Of a stretch of DNA of 64,000 nt, positions 59,451-64,000 are shown piece after piece. The translations under genes were made by a program, and so were the position numbers. The notes beneath the pieces were generated by a model, which saw only the letters and a program-made list of their open reading frames with translations, did no database searches and was not told the DNA's origin. Source of the stretch: an uncultured Oscillospiraceae bacterium (GTDB lineage Bacteria; Bacillota; Clostridia; Oscillospirales; Oscillospiraceae); contig CALWYD010000080.1 of assembly GCA_944385675.1 (NCBI GenBank), positions 35,193-99,192 on the forward strand, given 5' to 3'. The first letter of the stretch is position 1; each line of letters begins with the position of its first letter.

Positions 59451-59747
59451 TTACTCAATGGTAAGAATATCGATGAACCCGGTCACCTCAAACACCTCGT
59501 GGATGGTGTCGTTCACATGGCGGATTACCATTTTCCCTTGCTTGTTCATCACCTTCTGGGCGGCCAGCAGGACGCGCAGTCCGGCGGAGGACAGGTATTC
59601 CAGTTTCTCGAAATCCAGATTTAGTTCCGTGATGGCGTCCATGGATGCTTTTAACTCCGCCTCCAGTTGGGGCGCAGTGGTGGTGTCCAGGCGGCCCTCC
59701 AGGGCCAGGCTCAGTTTGTTGCCGTCTTTGTTTTTGATGATGTTCAT
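59451..59747 (-). CDS. STAS domain anti-sigma factor antagonist (RsbV/SpoIIAA-like)
   Basis: LEGRLDTTTAP, LEYLSSAGLRVLL, EVFEVTGF; GGAGG RBS. Confidence 0.93.
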   Translation of the reverse strand: MNIIKNKDGNKLSLALEGRLDTTTAPQLEAELKASMDAITELNLDFEKLEYLSSAGLRVLLAAQKVMNKQGKMVIRHVNDTIHEVFEVTGFIDILTIE

Positions 59748-59802
59748 GGTTTGACCTCCGATGTATATTATTTGAGGAATTTGTATGTTGAACGGGCCTA
59801 AG

Positions 59803-60594
59803 CTAGTATTTCTCCCGCCCGCCGGGGCCCAGCCGGGATAGGGGGATAACCAAAGCGCACACCGCCAGCAGCACCAACAGCAGGGGCAACTCATAGACCA
59901 GGGGCACCGGGAGCAGGGCCCACAGTCCCTCCAGCACCGGGTTGCCCTCCAGCCCGAAGGTGTAGAAGTAGTTGGCCCCCGGATAGACCGTGGCCCGCAG
60001 CAGCAGGTTCACCCCGTGGGCCGCTGCTCCCAGGCCTGCCAGCAGGGCGGCTGCTCCGGGTACATCCCGCCATCGGGGCTGGCATACCCGCAAGGTGCCA
60101 AAGCTGACGGCCAGTACCAGCACCAGGCCGTGGAAGCCGTAAAAGCCGATGGAATAGACGCTGAGCAGGGGTACCTGGGAGAAGCCGTCCACCGGCATGA
60201 GCAGGGCCACCATGGCGAAGGGGATGCCGGCGCACAGGCAAAAGGTCTTGAGGGCCCGCCGGTCTGTGACCGCCGCCAGCAGGGCCAGGGCGGCCAGCAG
60301 ATTGCAGGGCTGTATGGGCAGCTCGTTCCAGAAGGAAAAGTCGAAGTCCGGCTGGAGGGAGAGCAGAGTCTTGTACCCCCACAGGTAGAGCAGGGTGAAC
60401 AGAGCCAGCAGGCCCAAGAACCGCCGGTTGCTCTCCCCTCTCCTCCGCCTCCGCCCCCGTAAAAGCCAGATCAGGAAAATGGCCGCCAGAGTCAGGGCAA
60501 ATATACCCCACCAGGTCCCATTCAGGGGTGCGACGGTCAGATTAGATAACGCAGAAATGTTGCCTCCTCCCCCAGCACATAGTGGATGATACAC
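59803..60594 (-). CDS. YwaF/TMEM164-like integral membrane protein (start uncertain)
   Basis: WNELPIQPCN, FYGFHG, ANYFYT, NPVL; hydrophobic. Confidence 0.75.
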   Translation of the reverse strand: MYHPLCAGGGGNISALSNLTVAPLNGTWWGIFALTLAAIFLIWLLRGRRRRRGESNRRFLGLLALFTLLYLWGYKTLLSLQPDFDFSFWNELPIQPCNLLAALALLAAVTDRRALKTFCLCAGIPFAMVALLMPVDGFSQVPLLSVYSIGFYGFHGLVLVLAVSFGTLRVCQPRWRDVPGAAALLAGLGAAAHGVNLLLRATVYPGANYFYTFGLEGNPVLEGLWALLPVPLVYELPLLLVLLAVCALVIPLSRLGPGGREKY

Positions 60595-61580
60595 AGGCCC
60601 CAGATATTGCCCTGCTTATGATAGAGAACTCCCAGCGCCCCCAGCAGCAGGCTGGCTCCCAGCATAAACATCAGGCCGTAGGCGATGTGGAGCACCCCAA
60701 ACACCAGGGCGGAGACCAGGATGGACAAAACCCCGGCGTATTTCCCGGTGAAAATACGCCTCAGGTTCTCCTGCATGACGCCCCGGGCCAAAAACTCCTG
60801 GAGGATCACAGTCAGAGGATAGATCACGTCGGCGAAGGTTCCCACGCTCCAATCCCAGAAGGGGGCCCCCTCCGGGAAGAAGCCGGGGGCAGCCTGCAGT
60901 AGAAACACCTTGCCGCCCATGAGCACCGCACAGCCCATCAGCGTAATGGCGATGTCAGGCAGGAAAGTGGCCCGGGCATTGGTCACCCGCAGGCCGATGT
61001 CCCGGATGGAAAAGCTGGTGGTCTTCAGGATAACGAGAAACATGACCACTGAGATGGCCTCTATCATCAGGTTCATGACCCAGCCGGGGGGCTCGGCGTC
61101 CAGGTAGCGCAGCAGGCTCCACAAAAACAGGTAGGCACACACGCAGATCATAAGCACCGCGAACACAGTGGAGGCCTCTCGCCGCTGCCGGTGGAGCCGG
61201 GCCACCTCGGTGACGTCGGAAAAGACCACCACCACACCGGTGCGCTCCCCACCATCCTCGCTCTTCAGAAAGGAGGAGGTGAGACGGAAGCGGCGCCGCT
61301 CTCCGCCGGGGATACGGTAGTCCGCCTCCCCGCTGTGGGTGTGCTCCTTGTCGTACACCGCGTCCAGCACGAACTGGTGGAAGCCGTCGTTCTCCTCGCC
61401 CTCGTCCTTTGCCATGAGGGTGGCATACCGTGCCCCCTCCAGCCCCTCCGTCCCCAGCAGGGCGGCCCCCTGCCGGTTGAGGAAGAGCACGCTTCCTCCG
61501 GCGTCCAGCACCAGAACCCCGTCGTTCATGTCCCGCAGAATGCGGGGGATGATCTCCCCGTTTTTCAGGGGCACAGTCAT
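60537..61580 (-). CDS. PAS domain-CPBP (CAAX protease/Abi) family membrane protein
   Basis: ILRDMNDGVLVLD..G.VLFLN..A..LLG...VVVFSDVT (PAS); LQEFLARG, FGVLH, IIHY (CPBP motifs). Confidence 0.85.
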   Translation of the reverse strand: MTVPLKNGEIIPRILRDMNDGVLVLDAGGSVLFLNRQGAALLGTEGLEGARYATLMAKDEGEENDGFHQFVLDAVYDKEHTHSGEADYRIPGGERRRFRLTSSFLKSEDGGERTGVVVVFSDVTEVARLHRQRREASTVFAVLMICVCAYLFLWSLLRYLDAEPPGWVMNLMIEAISVVMFLVILKTTSFSIRDIGLRVTNARATFLPDIAITLMGCAVLMGGKVFLLQAAPGFFPEGAPFWDWSVGTFADVIYPLTVILQEFLARGVMQENLRRIFTGKYAGVLSILVSALVFGVLHIAYGLMFMLGASLLLGALGVLYHKQGNIWGLCIIHYVLGEEATFLRYLI

Positions 61581-61594
61581 AGTCTTTCCTCCTA

Positions 61595-61905
61595 TCAGCA
61601 TGTCAGCGTGACCTGGTTGACCCTGTCCTCAAAGGTATAGCGCTACCCATGGTTTTGGCCAGGGCCAGTCGCACGTTCAGGGCGTCCAGCAGCTGCGGGC
61701 AAATTGATTGATTTGTCCCGCCGCTCCCAGGCAGTCAAAGGATCTAGAGGACACCTCCACCGGAGGGTCTTGAACCGGTGGACGAAGGCACGGCAAAGTG
61801 AGGATCACCGACATTACCAGCCGCTTCTCACAGGTCTCCAGATTGGTGGACAGGGCAGCCCAGGAGGAGACGGACATGGCAATGAGATAGGTGGGCAGAA
61901 GCTTC
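61595..61905 (-). pseudogene. Fused remnants of a dicarboxylate/amino acid:cation symporter and a C-terminal extension of an amino-acid ABC ATPase-like protein
   Basis: KLLPTYLIAM..SS.AALSTNLETCEKRL (DAACS-like); RAFVHRFKTL/VSSRSFDCLGAAGQINQF...YTFEDRVNQVTLTC* with frameshifts. Confidence 0.5.
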
Positions 61906-62105
61906 GCAGTACCGTGTGGAAAAATACCTTCAAGCACAGGAAGGCCCGCATAGAGCCGGGGCTATGCCATACGGGCGGCTATCCCCAGAAGAGGGAAGCA
62001 TCAACGCCAGTATGAGCTGTTGAGCAATCCTTCTCCCTAATTCTTCTATGGCGGACTCCATCCTGGCCATGTTCTTCTTCAGCCTCTGCAAGACAGCCCA
62101 TCTCC

Positions 62106-62324
62106 CTATTCCATCTGTATCTGCGGGTAACAACAGATCCCCACATCCAGCGCCACGGGGGTGGTCAGGTGAAAATTGGCGTACCGACAGTACCAGCACT
62201 GCTCCTTCTCAATGGGCAGCCAGCCCTCCCGTGGGAAGAATGCTGGGCAGGAATCTTTCGGCCATACGCTGCCGCCCGACTTCGGCACGGCCAGTCTTTT
62301 TCTCTCATTGCGTTCTTGTTCCAC
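62106..62324 (-). CDS. Small Cys-rich hypothetical protein
   Basis: GGSVWPKDSC..F.PR...CWYCRYANFHL...DVGICCYP; GGGAG RBS; divergent from LytTR gene. Confidence 0.6.
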   Translation of the reverse strand: MEQERNERKRLAVPKSGGSVWPKDSCPAFFPREGWLPIEKEQCWYCRYANFHLTTPVALDVGICCYPQIQME

Positions 62325-62487
62325 GGATGCTCCCGCCCTTCCTTAGCAACAAATTGGTCCTTGGTCGGCCTATTGACAAATGGATTTGCAGCATGGTATT
62401 ACTTTACTACCCAATTGATCCGCCCGACACGATCTGTGCAAAATTCATAGGTTATTGCGCATTTTTTACTGGACAATATGACAGAAA

Positions 62488-63240
62488 GTGAGTGAATACA
62501 GGATGCTCCGCATAGCGATTTGCGACGATGAGGCGTGGTACGTGCAGCAGATAACAAATTTTGTGCAGGAATATTTGCACGGTCATCCCGAACTGTCCGG
62601 GCAGATTCATCCGTTCAGCCAGGGGCAAGAGCTGCTCTATCAGGTGGAGGAGTCCGGAGGATTTGATCTCTATCTTCTTGACATCATCATGCCGGGCCTG
62701 AACGGAATCCAGACGGGACAGCAGCTTCGGGAATTGGGAGAAGGCGGGGAGATCATCTATCTGACCACCTCCTCGGATTACGCTGTCGACAGTTATTCCG
62801 TAAGAGCCTTCTTCTATCTGCTCAAGCCGCTGGAGAAAGGACGCCTTTTTGAGGTACTGGACACAGCCGTCAAAAAACTGAATGACCGCCGGAGCAAGGC
62901 CATCCTGATCACTACGAAAGACGGACCGCGCCGCATCCTGTTGGATCAGATTTTGTATGCGGAGCGGGTGGGGCGGGGTCTGCGCTACTTCTGCTCCAAT
63001 GACACCGTGGATTCCATGAGCCTTCGCGTTACTTTTCACGTCGCCATAGAGCCGTTGCTCTCTGACCCGCGTTTTTGTCAGTGCGGCTCCAGTTTTGCGT
63101 TCAACCTCCAGCATGTCGCCGGGGTAAGAGGGCAGCAGATCCTGCTGGACAACGGAGGTTTGGTAGCTATTCCCCGCGCGTCGGTGGTTTCTTTCAAGCA
63201 TGCTTGGGGAAATTATTGGCTGGAGGAGGATCGCATATGA
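62488..63240 (+). CDS. LytTR family response regulator
   Basis: IAICDD, LLDIIMP..NG, IIYLT, YLLKP; LytTR C-terminal domain. Confidence 0.92.
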   Translation: MSEYRMLRIAICDDEAWYVQQITNFVQEYLHGHPELSGQIHPFSQGQELLYQVEESGGFDLYLLDIIMPGLNGIQTGQQLRELGEGGEIIYLTTSSDYAVDSYSVRAFFYLLKPLEKGRLFEVLDTAVKKLNDRRSKAILITTKDGPRRILLDQILYAERVGRGLRYFCSNDTVDSMSLRVTFHVAIEPLLSDPRFCQCGSSFAFNLQHVAGVRGQQILLDNGGLVAIPRASVVSFKHAWGNYWLEEDRI

Positions 63241-64000
63241 CGGAGTTGATTCTTGCGGACCTGTTGTATATGACGGGCCTTGGTATGACCATGGTATTTC
63301 TCTTTTTGAAAAGCCGCCTCTCCCGCCGGAAGACGGCCCTCATCTTTGCCGGAACAGCCATCCTGCTGATGGCGATGGAAGTAAGCCTGACGTTTGCCTT
63401 CAGCGTGGACCTGGTGGTGCGCCTCTACAGCTTGATTGTCTATCTGCCCTCCTTCCTGGTGGCCGCCCTGCTCAGCCGGTATCGGGGCTGGCGGCTGCTG
63501 TACCAGCTCCTGTCCGCCGTCCTCTTCTGCTTCCTGGTGCAGCACATCGGCGGCATCGTCTTTTACGTCTCCCGTCAGCAGCCGTGGGCTCTGTGGGCGA
63601 CCCTGCTGATTCTGACCCCGCCAATGCTGTGGTTCCTCCACCGGCATCTGTGCCCGCTGGTGTTCCGGGCGCTGGATGAACTCCAGCGGGGCTGGGCACT
63701 GATCTGCGTGTGGCTGATGGCCTATGGACTGATTGTCTTGTTCGTTTTTCCGGGGTACGTTGGGATCCACGCGGTCACCACAGTTGTAAAGCCGATATTC
63801 TCCCTGCTGATGGCGGGATTCTACTGCGTCCTGATCCTGCTTTTCGCCAGCGTGAGACGGGAGGCGGAGACCCGTTATCATACGCAGCTCACAGAGCTCT
63901 CCCTCGCCGCTCTCCAGAGCCGGATGGAGGCCGTTCAGACGGTGGAGGAGGCCATTCGGATCGAGCGGCACGACCTGCGCCATCGGTTCTGCGCCATCGC
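63237..64000 (+). CDS. Membrane sensor histidine kinase (AgrC/GHKL type), runs off window
   Basis: ATG overlaps RR stop; MTELILADLLY..., multiple TMs, IRIERHDLRH H-box at window end. Confidence 0.85.
   Translation, partial: MTELILADLLYMTGLGMTMVFLFLKSRLSRRKTALIFAGTAILLMAMEVSLTFAFSVDLVVRLYSLIVYLPSFLVAALLSRYRGWRLLYQLLSAVLFCFLVQHIGGIVFYVSRQQPWALWATLLILTPPMLWFLHRHLCPLVFRALDELQRGWALICVWLMAYGLIVLFVFPGYVGIHAVTTVVKPIFSLLMAGFYCVLILLFASVRREAETRYHTQLTELSLAALQSRMEAVQTVEEAIRIERHDLRHRFCAI

Noticed and set aside
46566-64000. Intact integrative element inserted at dus
   Set aside because: No integrase, transposase, relaxase or duplicated dus end in the window; only accessory character is evident

Overview
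High-GC chromosomal DNA from a spore-forming, butyrate-producing clostridial Firmicute; gene content and order suggest an Oscillospiraceae-like gut anaerobe (inference). Positions 1-46.6 kb are mostly housekeeping: aroK, a DEAD-box helicase, butyryl-CoA:acetate CoA-transferase, TatD plus a radical SAM partner, split fumarase, a NitT/TauT ABC transporter, efp, peptidases, a GH26-SLH surface protein, purL, three tRNAs, ilvD, fbp, a TPP riboswitch with thiT, spoIIID, nrdG/nrdD/trxB and dus. Two core-region oddities stand out: (i) a reduced Rnf-like cluster (rnfC, an rnfD-rnfG fusion and one rnfA-like gene missing a conserved Cys; no rnfE or rnfB), and (ii) a class III RNR with a fused C-terminal CxxC redoxin, next to trxB. 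After dus (about 46.6 kb to the end) the DNA is accessory and decaying. It holds a BspA/DUF285 surface protein with a DnaJ-type Zn finger, then a minus-strand partner-switching-like signalling cassette with no sigma factor in view: PAS-CPBP, YwaF, STAS, degenerate-HATPase-VOC, adenine deaminase, NCS2 permease, MATE-HATPase and HAMP-PP2C-HATPase. Internally deleted gene remnants are interleaved, and a LytTR/histidine kinase pair runs off the end. All calls come from reading motifs by eye; no database searches were run.
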